64,000 nucleotides of DNA from an uncultured delta proteobacterium (GCA_963803435.1 CAWDML010000008.1:608001-672000), one strand, 5' to 3'. Counted from the first letter of the stretch, positions 39,570 to 50,527 are shown. Notes: generated by a model not told the origin, from the sequence alone. Numbers and translations are program-made.

Positions 39570-39700
39570 ATGAACACGATCACCATGACCGACGGCACGC
39601 AGAGCGACCAGGCGCTCCGCACTGGCTCTGCGCGACCCACAAGAACCGCGTCAACGAGGACCTCCTCGCCTTCATCAAGTCGACCCGCCCTTCCACTTGA
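39570..39700 (+). pseudogene. Non-heme chloroperoxidase/arylesterase remnant with almost the whole gene deleted
   Basis: MNTITMTDGTQ (family N-terminus) is joined out of frame to GAPHWLCATHKNRVNEDLLAFIKS (family C-terminus). Confidence 0.7.
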
Positions 39701-41234
39701 AGGCGACGGAGCTGAACGCCGATCCCTCGAACGCCGGCAGCACGACCTCCAGCATCCGTCCGCGGAGACACTCCACCGCCCGCGGGCCCAGACCGCGCGT
39801 GTCGATCAGCGTCGCGCTGGTGACCAAACCGTTCGGCCGAACGACCCAGTAGACCTTCATCTCCCAGCCCGGCGTCGCGGGGATGCACTTCGACCAGCGC
39901 GCGGTCCCCTCGAAGAGCGCCCTCTTGGCCGCGGTCTGATCGATCGCCCCAGTGAAGCGGAGTCCCGAAAGCTTTGGGCCCGGCGCCGCGGGTCGAGGCG
40001 TGCGCTCGGTGGCCCGTGCCTTCACCCGTAGCGCGACGGTTGCGGTGCGTGGCAGCGGATCGTTCGCGACGTTCGCGGTCGAATGGTCCACCACCTCCCG
40101 GCGGTCGAGAGAGAGCAGGAGGACGCTCAGGATCGCACCGAGCGCGAGCGGAGCGGTCCAGCGGAGCCAGCCTCGCCGGGGGGCCGGCGGCCCGCGCAGC
40201 AGCTCGGGCAGCGGAGGCGTGACGTCGGTGGCGTCGGCCGGTGGGCTCTCGACCTCGAGGCTGAGCGAGAGCTGGGCGGACAGGGCGGAGGCGGATGGGT
40301 GTCGATCCTCAGGTCGCTTCTCCAGGCAGCGGGCGACCACGCGATCCAGCGACGCGTGCTCGGGCGATGTGCTCCGATCATCGGCAAGACGAGGCGGCGT
40401 CTCCTTGACATGCCTCATCATCACCACGAGCGGCTGCGCCTCCGGGAAGAGGCTGTGCCCCGCGAGCATCTCGAAGGCGATCACGCCGAGCGCGTACAGA
40501 TCGGCGGCCGGGCCCACGTCCTCGCGGCCCAGGCACTGCTCGGGGCTCATGTATTGCGGTGTTCCGAGCACCTGCCCGGTTCCCGTGAGCCCCGGCTCGG
40601 GGACGCCCAGGAGCTTCGAGATGCCGAAGTCGAGCACCTTCACCTTCTCCGCGCCCGGCTCGCCGAGAACCAGCACGTTGGCCGGCTTGAGATCGCGATG
40701 GACCAGCCCGGCCCGGTGGGCCTCTTCGAGTGACGCGCAGATCTGGGTGAGGAGCGCGACCGCGCGCGCTGGGGCGAGGGGAGCGTCCCGGTCGATGACC
40801 TGCTTGAGCGTCAGGCCGCGCAGGAGCTCCATCGCGATGAAGAGCGAGCCGTCGTCGAGCTGACCGGCGTCGTGGACGATGACCGTGTTGGGGGCGGTGA
40901 GTCGGCCGAGGTGGCGCGCCTCGCGGAGGAATCGCTCGACGAGATCGGATCGCTGTCCGTCGCGGATCGGCAGGATCTTGACCGCGACCTCGCGCTCGAT
41001 ACCGCGCTGAAAGGCGCGATACACGACGCCCATTCCGCCCGCGCCCAGCCGGCCCAGCAGCAGGTACCGATCGGCGATCAGCCTGCCGAGGAGCGGGTCT
41101 CCCTGGTCGATCGGGAGCAAGAGCGACCGATCCGTGGGACAGAGGGAGACGCCGCCCTCGAAGACCTCGAGGCAGGCGGGGCAGACCTTCTTCTGGAGGC
41201 TCTCGACGGTGGGCAGGTTCGAAGGATCGACCAT
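39675..41234 (-). CDS. Membrane Ser/Thr protein kinase with C-terminal AgmX/PglI (TonB-C-like) domain
   Basis: N-terminal CPAC..CPTD, GAGGMG, VAVK, HRDLKPAN, DFG and GTPQYMSPE, then a TM and a periplasmic domain with two Cys. Confidence 0.92.
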   Translation of the reverse strand: MVDPSNLPTVESLQKKVCPACLEVFEGGVSLCPTDRSLLLPIDQGDPLLGRLIADRYLLLGRLGAGGMGVVYRAFQRGIEREVAVKILPIRDGQRSDLVERFLREARHLGRLTAPNTVIVHDAGQLDDGSLFIAMELLRGLTLKQVIDRDAPLAPARAVALLTQICASLEEAHRAGLVHRDLKPANVLVLGEPGAEKVKVLDFGISKLLGVPEPGLTGTGQVLGTPQYMSPEQCLGREDVGPAADLYALGVIAFEMLAGHSLFPEAQPLVVMMRHVKETPPRLADDRSTSPEHASLDRVVARCLEKRPEDRHPSASALSAQLSLSLEVESPPADATDVTPPLPELLRGPPAPRRGWLRWTAPLALGAILSVLLLSLDRREVVDHSTANVANDPLPRTATVALRVKARATERTPRPAAPGPKLSGLRFTGAIDQTAAKRALFEGTARWSKCIPATPGWEMKVYWVVRPNGLVTSATLIDTRGLGPRAVECLRGRMLEVVLPAFEGSAFSSVAFKWKGGST

Positions 41235-41242
41235 CTCGGGCC

Positions 41243-43972
41243 TCAGAGCCAGTGAAGCATCGTCGCCACGGGCAGCCCGGCGCCCCGCTCCTCGCCCTTG
41301 GTCTCGACCCTCGTCTTCCCGCGGAGCTCGGCCACCCGCCGCGCGAGCTCGGCGCCTGCGCGGAGAGAGCCGTCGCCGCCTCGGAGGCCCGAGAGGCCCG
41401 AGCGCCCGAGCTCGTCGACCATGGCCTCGCCGCCCAGGTCGAGGCAGCGGGCGATGTGATCGCCGAAGCTCGCGTCGTCGCCGGCGTACCAGGCGGCGAT
41501 CGCGGCGTTGAGGTGGATCTCGGCTCGCTTCGGCGCCAGGCGGAGCGCCTCCTGATAGCGGTTCAGCGCTTCAGCTGGCTTCGCTTCGAGGAGACCGAGG
41601 TTGCCGAGGTTGTTCTTCGCGGCGGCGACGTCCTTACCGGCGGTGACCGCGGCTTCGAAGCGTGCTCGCGCTCCGCTCGCGTCTCCCACCATCGCGAGGA
41701 GGAGGCCCTGGCGATTGGGGTCGCCGCCCAGCGCGCGGAGGCGCGACTCGAGCGCCTCGAGCCGAGCGGCCTCAATCGCGTCGACCTCACGGGTGATCGC
41801 CTCCGCCGGACCGGGATCCACCCGCGGAGATGGCACGCCGGCGGAGACGAGCTCGACGGGAGCGAAGCGCTTCCAGGCGGCGCGAGGATCGATCGTCTCG
41901 AGCTCCCCTCTCTTCGATCGCGCCGAGGCGATCTCAGCGGCGGCCTCCTTCCACGCCTCGAGGAACGGACGGCCGACCTTGGTGGTCTCGATCGGGATGA
42001 AGGCGCGGCCCTCGTGCTCGAGGACCATCGTTGGATCCGCGGCGAGGAGGAGCGCGTTGCGCACCGGGAGTCCGCTGTCGACGGCGACGAAGATGTGCTC
42101 GCGCGTGGTGACGAGGAGCGTCTCGAGCTCGGCGGCCTCCGCGAGCGCCGCGTAGAGGACGGCCAGGTCGTCGCAGTCGCCGCCGCCGCGAGCGAGCGTC
42201 TCCGTCGGGAACTGCACGTAGTCGAGCCCCCCGGTGCGGAACGGGTTCAGCGGGTCCTTCGTGTAGTGGAGGCCCGCGAGCGAGCGGAAGATCGCGACCG
42301 GCAGCCGGAGGACGCTGGTCCCGTCCGCGTCACCGGCCGTCGCGGCGATCGACTTGGCCGCGGCCTGGATCGCCTGCGAGCGATGCGTGACGAAGGCCGC
42401 GGCGGAGTCAGGCTCTTTCCAGGAGAGAGCGTTCTTGTCGAGCACGACGATCGGGAACGTTCGGGTCTCGTCGAAGTGGAGCTCGCCGGCCTCGTAGCTC
42501 AGCGCGACCTGGACCGCGCCTGCCCGGTTCTCGTCGAGTCGAGAGAGCGCGTCGGGGTCGAGGACCACGCGCGGCTCCACGGTGCTCGTCGCTTTGGGTG
42601 CGAGGGCGCCGACCTTGGTGTCGAGCGGAGCGCTGGAGAGCCCGACGATCGCGACAGAAGCGATCAGGTTCGTCACCGGGAGTCGGCCGCGGTTCACCAG
42701 GACGAGCCGTCCCACCGGTCGATCGACCGCTCCCGCCCGGGCCGGGAAGAGCTCGTCGAATCTTGCGCTCTCGATCTCGATCGGTCGTCGCTCGGCGTCC
42801 GAGCTGCGCTTGGGGAGCGTGACCTTGCCGAGGAACGCAGCGTGCTTGCGGATGAGCGCGTCGTAGAGGCCGCGGGCGAGCTGCGAGCCGAGCTCGGCGG
42901 CGCACGTCGCGAGCGCGCCGGCCTCGCAGCGCTGGTGGCCGGCGGAGATCGTCTCCTTGGAGATCGCCGCCACGATGCGGAGCTCGAGCTCGAGCTTCGC
43001 GCCGGCGCCGTGGACGCTCCCGCTCAGGAGGAGCGTTCGCTCCGGGGGAAGCGCCTGGGCCGCCTCGGCGAAGTCGAGGAACCCCGATTCGAAGAGCGCG
43101 GTCTCGAGGATGGATCCGATTGCGTGCGCCTCCCAGCCCTTCACGCCGGAGATCCCTCCCACGCGCATGCCCATCCGGAAGCTCCGTTCGGGCGCGAGCT
43201 GCGCCTTGATGGTGCGGTCGGAGTATCCGAACACCAGGACGCCGGACTCGGGCGTTCGGTCGAGCGCGAGCGCGATCGAGCGGGCGCTGCCCGCGGCGTC
43301 GAGCGCCAGCTTGGCCAGGCCGCGGTCGGTTGCGAGCACCTCGACGTTCTTCACCTCGGGGAGGCGCTCGACGACCTTCATCACGGCATCGGTCTCCTGG
43401 ACGCTCTTCACGCCGGCGATGAGGAGCTCGATCCGCTCGGTGGTGCGCTGCGTCGCCAGCGCGGCCAGCACCTGCTGCGCGAGCGCCTCACCGGCGCGGG
43501 CGGCTGCTTGCTCGGCGGCTCGCGGAAAGCTGAAGTCCATGCCCGAGCCGCGGGCGGTGAACGCGCCGATCACCTGACCCGTGTCGACTGCGATCAACCG
43601 CGCGCGAAGGCCGGCGTCGGCGCGCGCGACGCGACCCTCGAGCATCGTGACCGGCGCGGGATCGATCGAGACGGTCGCGGCGACCAGCACGTCGGCGTCG
43701 AGGGCGCTGAGCGCCTTGGGCGGGGCGCCGGCGACGATCTGACCGGGGTCGAGCTCTCTTCGGATCGCCCGGGACTGGGCGTCGTCCACCAGCACCTGGC
43801 CTGCTGCGATCAGCGCATTCGAGAGGGAGGTCTCGGAGAAGGATCCGGACGACACGTCGCCCTTCACCTTCTCCTGGAAAGCCGTGGCGAAGCGGAGGGG
43901 TCCGCCGCTGGCGGCGGCGGGGACGAGGACGAGGAGGAGCGCGTTGGCGGCGAGGGCTGCGATCCGTTTCAT
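41243..43972 (-). CDS. Exported multidomain protein with transglutaminase-like core and TPR
   Basis: Signal peptide, DYVQFPTETL..GGDCDD, HIF, IETT and C-terminal TPR (NNLGNL, HLNAA). Confidence 0.8.
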   Translation of the reverse strand: MKRIAALAANALLLVLVPAAASGGPLRFATAFQEKVKGDVSSGSFSETSLSNALIAAGQVLVDDAQSRAIRRELDPGQIVAGAPPKALSALDADVLVAATVSIDPAPVTMLEGRVARADAGLRARLIAVDTGQVIGAFTARGSGMDFSFPRAAEQAAARAGEALAQQVLAALATQRTTERIELLIAGVKSVQETDAVMKVVERLPEVKNVEVLATDRGLAKLALDAAGSARSIALALDRTPESGVLVFGYSDRTIKAQLAPERSFRMGMRVGGISGVKGWEAHAIGSILETALFESGFLDFAEAAQALPPERTLLLSGSVHGAGAKLELELRIVAAISKETISAGHQRCEAGALATCAAELGSQLARGLYDALIRKHAAFLGKVTLPKRSSDAERRPIEIESARFDELFPARAGAVDRPVGRLVLVNRGRLPVTNLIASVAIVGLSSAPLDTKVGALAPKATSTVEPRVVLDPDALSRLDENRAGAVQVALSYEAGELHFDETRTFPIVVLDKNALSWKEPDSAAAFVTHRSQAIQAAAKSIAATAGDADGTSVLRLPVAIFRSLAGLHYTKDPLNPFRTGGLDYVQFPTETLARGGGDCDDLAVLYAALAEAAELETLLVTTREHIFVAVDSGLPVRNALLLAADPTMVLEHEGRAFIPIETTKVGRPFLEAWKEAAAEIASARSKRGELETIDPRAAWKRFAPVELVSAGVPSPRVDPGPAEAITREVDAIEAARLEALESRLRALGGDPNRQGLLLAMVGDASGARARFEAAVTAGKDVAAAKNNLGNLGLLEAKPAEALNRYQEALRLAPKRAEIHLNAAIAAWYAGDDASFGDHIARCLDLGGEAMVDELGRSGLSGLRGGDGSLRAGAELARRVAELRGKTRVETKGEERGAGLPVATMLHWL

Positions 43973-44673
43973 CTCTGTTCCCCTATGCTGAAGCGAACGG
44001 TGGAGAAGGAGCCGGTCGGCTCGCCGGCGCGCAGCTCGCCGGCGGCCTCGACGCTCGAGAGGTACGAGCGGGCGCAGGCCACGAACGCGCGCGCTCGGGC
44101 GTCGTTGGGCTGCACGCCCCAGGAGTTGATCGCACCGCCCGCGCCCGCGACCAGCACCAGCTCGAGGCGCCGTCCGGCGGTCTCATCGGTCTGGGTGGTG
44201 CGGTGGCAGCGAACCAGCTGACGCTCGACGCCCCGGAGGGCCGAAGCCGCGGCAGAAGCCGGGAGCGGACCGGTGGTGCGCGCGGCTCCGAGCACGATCC
44301 GTCGAGGCTCGGGCGAACGCGGTGGCGCAGGAGGCGCCGGTTCCAGCGAGGGCGTTTGTTGTGCGAGCGGCGCGACCTCGGGCTCGTGGGCGCGAAAGAG
44401 GAAGAGCGCCACGACCGCGATCGCGATCGCCGCGGTCACGAGCGCCGGTGCGAGGAGGCGGGCACCTCGGGCCGGTCGCTCCAGCGAACGCTCGAGGCGG
44501 CGCCGCACGCGGGTCTCGGCGCCGGGTGCCGGCGCGATCTCGGAGAGCGCCTGGTAGTCGCGGCGTGCCTCCTCGATCCGCGCCTCGATCCGCTGGCGCA
44601 CCCGGGCCTCGGCGCCGGGCGGCGCTTCGGTCTCCTCCTTCAGCCGACGCAGGGCGCCGCGGAACCGATTCAT
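43969..44673 (-). CDS. Putative anti-sigma factor with AgmX/PglI-like periplasmic domain
   Basis: Coupled directly after the ECF sigma. Helical N-terminus, single TM, Pro linker, and a two-Cys C-terminal domain. Confidence 0.65.
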   Translation of the reverse strand: MNRFRGALRRLKEETEAPPGAEARVRQRIEARIEEARRDYQALSEIAPAPGAETRVRRRLERSLERPARGARLLAPALVTAAIAIAVVALFLFRAHEPEVAPLAQQTPSLEPAPPAPPRSPEPRRIVLGAARTTGPLPASAAASALRGVERQLVRCHRTTQTDETAGRRLELVLVAGAGGAINSWGVQPNDARARAFVACARSYLSSVEAAGELRAGEPTGSFSTVRFSIGEQR

Positions 44674-45257
44674 GACGCCGGCGCCTCCGCGGTCACCACC
44701 GGATCGGGTGCGAGCGACTCGGCCTCAGCAGCCCGCTCGAACTTCGCTCGCGCCAGGCGGAGGCGACTCGCCACCGTACCGACGGGGATCTGGAGGAGCT
44801 CGGCCACCTCGGGGCCGGAGCGCTCCTCGACATCGGAGAGGATCAGGACCTCGCGCTGCGCCTCGGGAAGCGTCATCAGCGCGCGCTGTACCCTGCGGGC
44901 GGAGTCGGAGAGCTCGTACGCCGAGTCGGGCGCGCGTGCGCTGTCGGTAACCTCGGGGACGGGTCCCGGCACCCAGCGGCGCACCCAGGCTCGCCGTCGA
45001 TGCTTGGCCAGCACGCGGCGCGTGATCCCGTAGACCCACGACGGGAAGCGGTCGGGGTGCTCGAGCCGATCGAGCGTCCCCAGCAGCACCATGAACGCAT
45101 CGTGGGCCGCGTCCTCACTGTCGACGCGCGGACCTCCGAGTCGCGCGCACCAGCGGAGGACGATCGGGAGCCAGTCCCGGCACAGCTCGTCGCGTGCGCG
45201 GAGGTCCCCCCGGATCACCTCGTCGAGGAGGCCGGGCCGAAGCGTAGGCGTGCTCAT
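44670..45257 (-). CDS. ECF sigma-70 factor
   Basis: EDAAHDAF..FPSWVYGI and REVLILSDVEERSGPEVAELLQIPVGTVASRLRLAR. Confidence 0.92.
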   Translation of the reverse strand: MSTPTLRPGLLDEVIRGDLRARDELCRDWLPIVLRWCARLGGPRVDSEDAAHDAFMVLLGTLDRLEHPDRFPSWVYGITRRVLAKHRRRAWVRRWVPGPVPEVTDSARAPDSAYELSDSARRVQRALMTLPEAQREVLILSDVEERSGPEVAELLQIPVGTVASRLRLARAKFERAAEAESLAPDPVVTAEAPAS

Positions 45258-46862
45258 CGCCAGATCCGGACGATGAACGGCCGCTCCATGAAGTTGGCGT
45301 CGCGCGTGAAGCCCGTGGCGAGGAGGTAGCGATCGCGGTCCAGCGCGAGTCCTTCCGGGAAGAAGGCGCGACCATTCCGCGTGGCAACGCGTGCGATGCC
45401 GGCCGTCCCGAACGTGGGATCGAGCCCGCCCCCGTCGACGAAGCGATAGATCACCAGACCGCCGACTTCGCCGGTGAGCACGTAGAAGCCGCCGGCGGGA
45501 TCGAGGGTGATCGCGGCGAGGATGCCGGGCATCCGGGCCGAGCTCAGACCGCCGGGACCGAACGTCGGGTCCGGCTCGCCGTCCGCGCTCAGGTGATACA
45601 GCGCGATGACGCCGCCGAGGTACGTCTGATACGCGACCAGGATAGAGTCGTCGGGCAGAACCGCCACCTTGAAGCTCTGGTTCGCTGCGTTCGGGAGGTG
45701 CACGCCGCCCGCCTCGCCGAAGCCGGGGTCGATCACGCCGACGCTGGAGGTTCGCACCACCAGCGTCTCACCGGTCTGATCCGGCAAGACCGCGATCCCG
45801 ACCAGGATCATGCGGAGGGCAGACTGGAGTGCCATCCCCTGCCATCCCCAGGCGGAGGTGTCGTAGGTGGTGATGCCGAGATCGCGGTTCCCGTCGTCGT
45901 CGTAGCCGAGGAGGATTCCGTAGTCGTCGGGCGCGAACGCCGAGCTGGCGATCCCGGCGGTGAGGATCTCGCCGTCGCTCCGCAGCGCGAGCGTGTGCAT
46001 GAGGTCTTGCTCGATGCCCGCGGTCGCGCTCTCCGTATAGACCTGGCGCCCGCCCCCGAAGACAGGATCGAAGCTCCCATCCTCGAGGAGCCGCGTCACG
46101 ACGGGCTTGTGGAGCCCGACCGCGGCGGCGCCGGCGACGACGATCCGGTTCTCGCGATCGATCGCCACGCCGATGCCGTAGCCGTCGCTGGAGAGCGCCG
46201 GGTTCTGGGTCACGTTGCGGTAGCCGGTCCCATCGAAGCTGGTGTCGACCGCACCCTGGGCGGTCCAGCGGAACACCGTGATCCCTTGCGATGCGCCGGC
46301 CACGAGTATCCGGCGGCGGGCATCGAGCGTGAGCGCGAGCCCCTCGCCCGTCACGGGCTGCTCGCGAGCGAACCCGCCGTCGCCGAAGAGAACGTCGAGC
46401 GATCCGGACGGTCCGCGCACCAGGGAGATCGAGCGGCGCAAAGGCGGTGACGCCGCCGGACGCGGCGCGGATCCTCACCGTGTAGAGGCCCTGCGGTGCC
46501 GTGGCGGTGGCGGAGAAGCGGATCGTGGTGCGGTCGACGCCCTCGGCCAGGCGGGGCGAGGTGGAGGCGACGCCGGGCGGCAGCTCGACGGCGCCGAGCT
46601 CGACCTCCCCCAGCGGGCCGCCGCGGATCACCGTCACCTCGGCCTCGAGCGCGCTCCGTAGGATCAGCTCCGCGCGGGTGGCGGTCAGTACGAGCGCCAG
46701 CGCGGACGGTCCTGCGTCCACGTCGCCGCCGTCGGGCGCCGCCGCATCGGGGCGCGCGCCGGCGTCGCCCGATGCATCCGTCCGCGCTCCGGTGTCCTCC
46801 TGGGCGGAGGATCCTCCGCAGCCGTAGGAGGCGAGGAACGTCAGCAAGAGGCATCGATTCAT
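45254..46862 (-). CDS. Delta-60 repeat beta-propeller lipoprotein, frameshift ~46425
   Basis: Lipoprotein leader (SYGC), an Ig-like domain, then GxxDxxFGxxG repeats in the shifted frame. Confidence 0.8.
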
Positions 46863-49800
46863 CGGTGGAACCTCAGTTCGAGCTCGAGATAGTCGGCGGC
46901 GACGGCGGGGAGGACGCTGCCCGCGGCGAGCGTCCCCTTGGGGACGAGGAGCGCGTACACCTCGAGGTCGGACGTCACGTAGCGGAAGGGTTCGCTCGGC
47001 GAAGCGCGAAGCTCCCCGGGGCGATCGAGCGGGCTCGCGTTCTGGGCGACGGATCGCCACGCGCCGGACCATGCGTCCCACAGCCACAGCTCGGCGCCCT
47101 CTCGCGCGGCGGGGCCGTCGTTGCCCTCGGCGCCGGCCACGGCCTCGATCTCGAGGGCATCAATCGGCGTCGGCGTCGCGAAGGCGTCGCCGAGATCGAA
47201 GGCGAACAGGACTCCGGGGCGTTGCTCGGGATCCATGTCGAGGAGCCAGGTGTCACCGAGGTCGGGACCGATGGAGACGTGGCCGCCGAACACGAGCAGC
47301 TCGCGGCGACTCGGATCGTGAACGACGCCTGCGCCCGTTCGAGGACGGGGCGCGAGCCCGGTGATCGGCGGCGCATCCCACCGCGTGCCGTCCCACTCCC
47401 AGACGTCGGAGAGCTCGCTCGCTCCCACCTGGAGATGGCCGCCGAACAGCACCGCGCGACCGCGAAGCGTGTCGCTCGTGAAGCCGAAGCCCTGGCGCGC
47501 ACCGGGATCGACGGGCGGGCTGGTGAGGATCCACCGCGCGCCGTCCCACTCCCAGGTGTCCGCGTTCGCGCCCAGGCCGGCGAAGAGCACCGCGCGCTGG
47601 TGGAGCGCGTCGAAGGCCAGCGCCCCTCCGCCGGACGCAGCGGGGATGAGCCCGGTCGGCGTCGCCTCGCGCCAGTCCCCGTCTTCGCGGACCCAGGTGC
47701 GGCTGGTGGCGCCGCTGCCGGTGAGGAGCACCAGGCCGTCGCCGGGACCGCTCCCCATCGCGACCAGCGGATCCGTCGCGCCAATCGACGCCTGCATGGA
47801 CCAGTCCGCGCCGTCCCACGCCCAGGTCTCGCCGTTGAAGAGGACGAGCGTGTCACGCGATCGATCGTATGCGAGCGCGCCCAGCGCGTTCGGGCCTCCG
47901 CTCGGAGGGGTGACCTCCTCCCAGCGCCAGCCATTCCAGGTCCAGGTGTCGGCGAGACCCGGACCGCCGAAGAGGACGGCGCGCTCGTGGGCTTCGTCGT
48001 AGCCGATCACTGTGCGGCGTGCGCTGGGCGCGAGGCCGTTCGGTGTCAGCTCGCTCCACTCGGTGCCGTCCCAGGCCCAGGTGTCGGGGCGCAGCCAGCT
48101 GGGAAACGGGATCTCTTCGCCGCGACCAGCGATCAGGACGGTCGCGTGCAGGTTCGGATCGTAGGCCATCTTCGAGGCGTGGCGCGGATCGGGGCGGGGG
48201 CCGAGGGGTGCTCGGTGCGTCCATCGAAGCCCGTCCCACTCCCAGACCTCGTCGTCGTCGGTGAGGTTCGCGACGATGCCGCCGAAGAGGACCACGCGCC
48301 CGCGACCCGCGTCGTACGTGAAGCCCGACTGCTGCCGCCATCCGGGCGAGGTCGTGCCCGTGTCGATGGGCAGCCAGGTGTCCCCGTCGAGCTCCCAGGT
48401 GTCGGTGAGCGGCCCCTGCATCCCGCTCACGCCGGTGTCGCCATATCCGCCGTAGAGCACGATCCGCCCGCGCGCGGCGTCGAAGGCCATCATGTGATCG
48501 GAGCGCGCCGGCGGTCCTGCGCCGGGAAGCTCGCGCCAGCCGGCGCCCTCCCATACCCAAGTGTCGGCGTGACCGAGGCCGCCGAACAGCACCACGCGGC
48601 CGCGGACGGAGTCGTAGGCCAGCGCCCCCCCAGAGCGCGGCGTCGGCTCTGGAAGCGCGGTCGACGTACGCGTCCAGCTGTCGTTCTCGAGCGTCCAGGT
48701 CTCGGCGACGGGTTGACCGTGATTGTCGTGGGCTCCAAACGTCAGGATCCGCCCGCGCGCCGCGTCGAAGACGATGTCGTCGCCGGTCGCGTCCGGCGGC
48801 GTTCCGCCGGCGCGGCTCACGTCCAGCCAGCGCGCGCCGTCCCAGCGCCAGGTGTGCTCGCGCCCGAGGAGCCCGGTCTCTTCCCCTCCGAACGCGATCA
48901 GCTGGTCGTGCTGCGCGTCGTAGGCCATGCCGCGGATCTCGGCGGGCTGCGGATCGATCGTGGGCGCGCGCCACTCACGCCAGCCTCGCTTGCTGCTCGC
49001 TCGGACGCTGGCGCCGTCGAGTGCCGACAGCGCCTCGATGCCTGCGCGGTCCGGCTCTTCGCTCTGGGAGTCGAGCTGCACCAGGCTCGCGCGGGCGCTC
49101 CCGAGCAAGACCGCGCGGTGCGGATTCGGCGTGCGCCGGCCCGGGATCTTGCCGCCCAGAGTGGCGCGCCAGCGGATCCGTCCCGCACGCGCCGCCTGCA
49201 GCCCGGGTGCGCTCGAAGCATCGCTGAGGTTGCCGGCCCGATCGGCGAGGGCCACGAAGACATCATCGCGATCGGTGCCACCGAGGTGCAGCTGGAACGC
49301 GCCGGTGGTGCTGGTCTCGCTGCGCCCGATCTCCTGCGCGCGCTCGAGATCCTCGGCGTCGTAGGCGATCGCGACCGCGCCCGGCTCACCGACGCCCTCG
49401 ACCGAGAACCGCGGGCGGCCACCGCTGTCGTCGGTGCCCCAGGGCTCCCGGGCGTAGGTCAGCGCGTCGGGCGCGAGCGCGGTCGGCTGGGTCCGATCGA
49501 TCGTCAGCGCGGCGATCGGGAGGTCGCTCGTGCGGCGGTTGCCGGCGCGATCCTCGAGCTCGACGCGGAGGTGATAGTCGCCGTCGAGCGCCGATGATCC
49601 GGCGACAAGCTCGAAGGTGAACGCCGAGCTGCCGGCAACGATCGGCGATAGCGCGATCGCTTCGCCGGGGACGCCGTCGGGGATCGCGCTGACCGTGGGC
49701 GTCACCACCGGCTCCGTCGCGGCGAAGATCACCCGCGCGGTCGATCCCGGACCGAGCGCGCCCAGCGTGCGGAGTGGGTTTCCGGGTCCTGGCGAGAGCG

Positions 49801-50527
49801 TCACGAGGGCCGTCTCGGGCACCAGCCCGGGTGCGACGGTGTCGAGCGTGATCTCGGCGGCGCGGGGCTCGGACTCGTAGCCGTGGCGGTCGGCGACCTT
49901 GGCGTAGACGGCCGCCGGCCCGTCGCTGCAGGTGCTGGTCCCGCAGAGGTCGTAGCTGAGGCGGAAGCCGTCGCCCCAGGCGACCTCGGCGGCGGGCGCT
50001 TCTAGGCGGTCGATGGTGAAGTCGAAGTCGCGCGCCAGCACGATGCGCTCGGCACTCTGGGCGCCGAGCAGCACGGTCACGCGCGGTGAGCTGACAAAGC
50101 CGAACGACGTCGCTTCCTCGATGCGGACGCCGCTCATGGACAAGGACGGTGTACGCGAGAGCGCCACGTAGACCTCGACGTTCGCCTCGACGCCCGGATG
50201 GAGATCGAACTGCTCGGAGATCCCGCGATAGAGGACGGCGCTCGAGCCCGTGCCGGGCCCGTCGCGGACCTCGGCAATCAGAACGCGGTGGTCGCCGCTG
50301 GGCACGTCCGCGAGGCGTACGTCCGAGTCGAGCACCAGCGGGGTGACCGATGAGGCGAGCGCCCGGCCGGTGGCGTCGAGGTCCGGCCGCTCCTCCACGC
50401 GAAGGTGGAGGAACAAGCTGCTCGGATCCGCGGGCGGTGGATCGCTCCACTCGAACACGACGCGGGCGTGACCCCGCGACTGGCAGCCCCCGAGCAGGGC
50501 GAGCGCCAGGAGCACGCGCCGTCTCAT
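46859..50527 (-). CDS. Large Kelch-repeat lipoprotein with Ig-like N-terminal domains
   Basis: Lipobox LGGC, DRAGN Ig motifs, and many AYD..RGRVVLFGG...DTWEWDG repeats. Confidence 0.85.
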   Translation of the reverse strand: MRRRVLLALALLGGCQSRGHARVVFEWSDPPPADPSSLFLHLRVEERPDLDATGRALASSVTPLVLDSDVRLADVPSGDHRVLIAEVRDGPGTGSSAVLYRGISEQFDLHPGVEANVEVYVALSRTPSLSMSGVRIEEATSFGFVSSPRVTVLLGAQSAERIVLARDFDFTIDRLEAPAAEVAWGDGFRLSYDLCGTSTCSDGPAAVYAKVADRHGYESEPRAAEITLDTVAPGLVPETALVTLSPGPGNPLRTLGALGPGSTARVIFAATEPVVTPTVSAIPDGVPGEAIALSPIVAGSSAFTFELVAGSSALDGDYHLRVELEDRAGNRRTSDLPIAALTIDRTQPTALAPDALTYAREPWGTDDSGGRPRFSVEGVGEPGAVAIAYDAEDLERAQEIGRSETSTTGAFQLHLGGTDRDDVFVALADRAGNLSDASSAPGLQAARAGRIRWRATLGGKIPGRRTPNPHRAVLLGSARASLVQLDSQSEEPDRAGIEALSALDGASVRASSKRGWREWRAPTIDPQPAEIRGMAYDAQHDQLIAFGGEETGLLGREHTWRWDGARWLDVSRAGGTPPDATGDDIVFDAARGRILTFGAHDNHGQPVAETWTLENDSWTRTSTALPEPTPRSGGALAYDSVRGRVVLFGGLGHADTWVWEGAGWRELPGAGPPARSDHMMAFDAARGRIVLYGGYGDTGVSGMQGPLTDTWELDGDTWLPIDTGTTSPGWRQQSGFTYDAGRGRVVLFGGIVANLTDDDEVWEWDGLRWTHRAPLGPRPDPRHASKMAYDPNLHATVLIAGRGEEIPFPSWLRPDTWAWDGTEWSELTPNGLAPSARRTVIGYDEAHERAVLFGGPGLADTWTWNGWRWEEVTPPSGGPNALGALAYDRSRDTLVLFNGETWAWDGADWSMQASIGATDPLVAMGSGPGDGLVLLTGSGATSRTWVREDGDWREATPTGLIPAASGGGALAFDALHQRAVLFAGLGANADTWEWDGARWILTSPPVDPGARQGFGFTSDTLRGRAVLFGGHLQVGASELSDVWEWDGTRWDAPPITGLAPRPRTGAGVVHDPSRRELLVFGGHVSIGPDLGDTWLLDMDPEQRPGVLFAFDLGDAFATPTPIDALEIEAVAGAEGNDGPAAREGAELWLWDAWSGAWRSVAQNASPLDRPGELRASPSEPFRYVTSDLEVYALLVPKGTLAAGSVLPAVAADYLELELRFHR

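Noticed and set aside
46900-48960. Repetitive DNA that might be a CRISPR array or tandem repeat
   Set aside because: It consists of degenerate Kelch coding repeats. There are no identical direct repeats with spacers and no cas genes.
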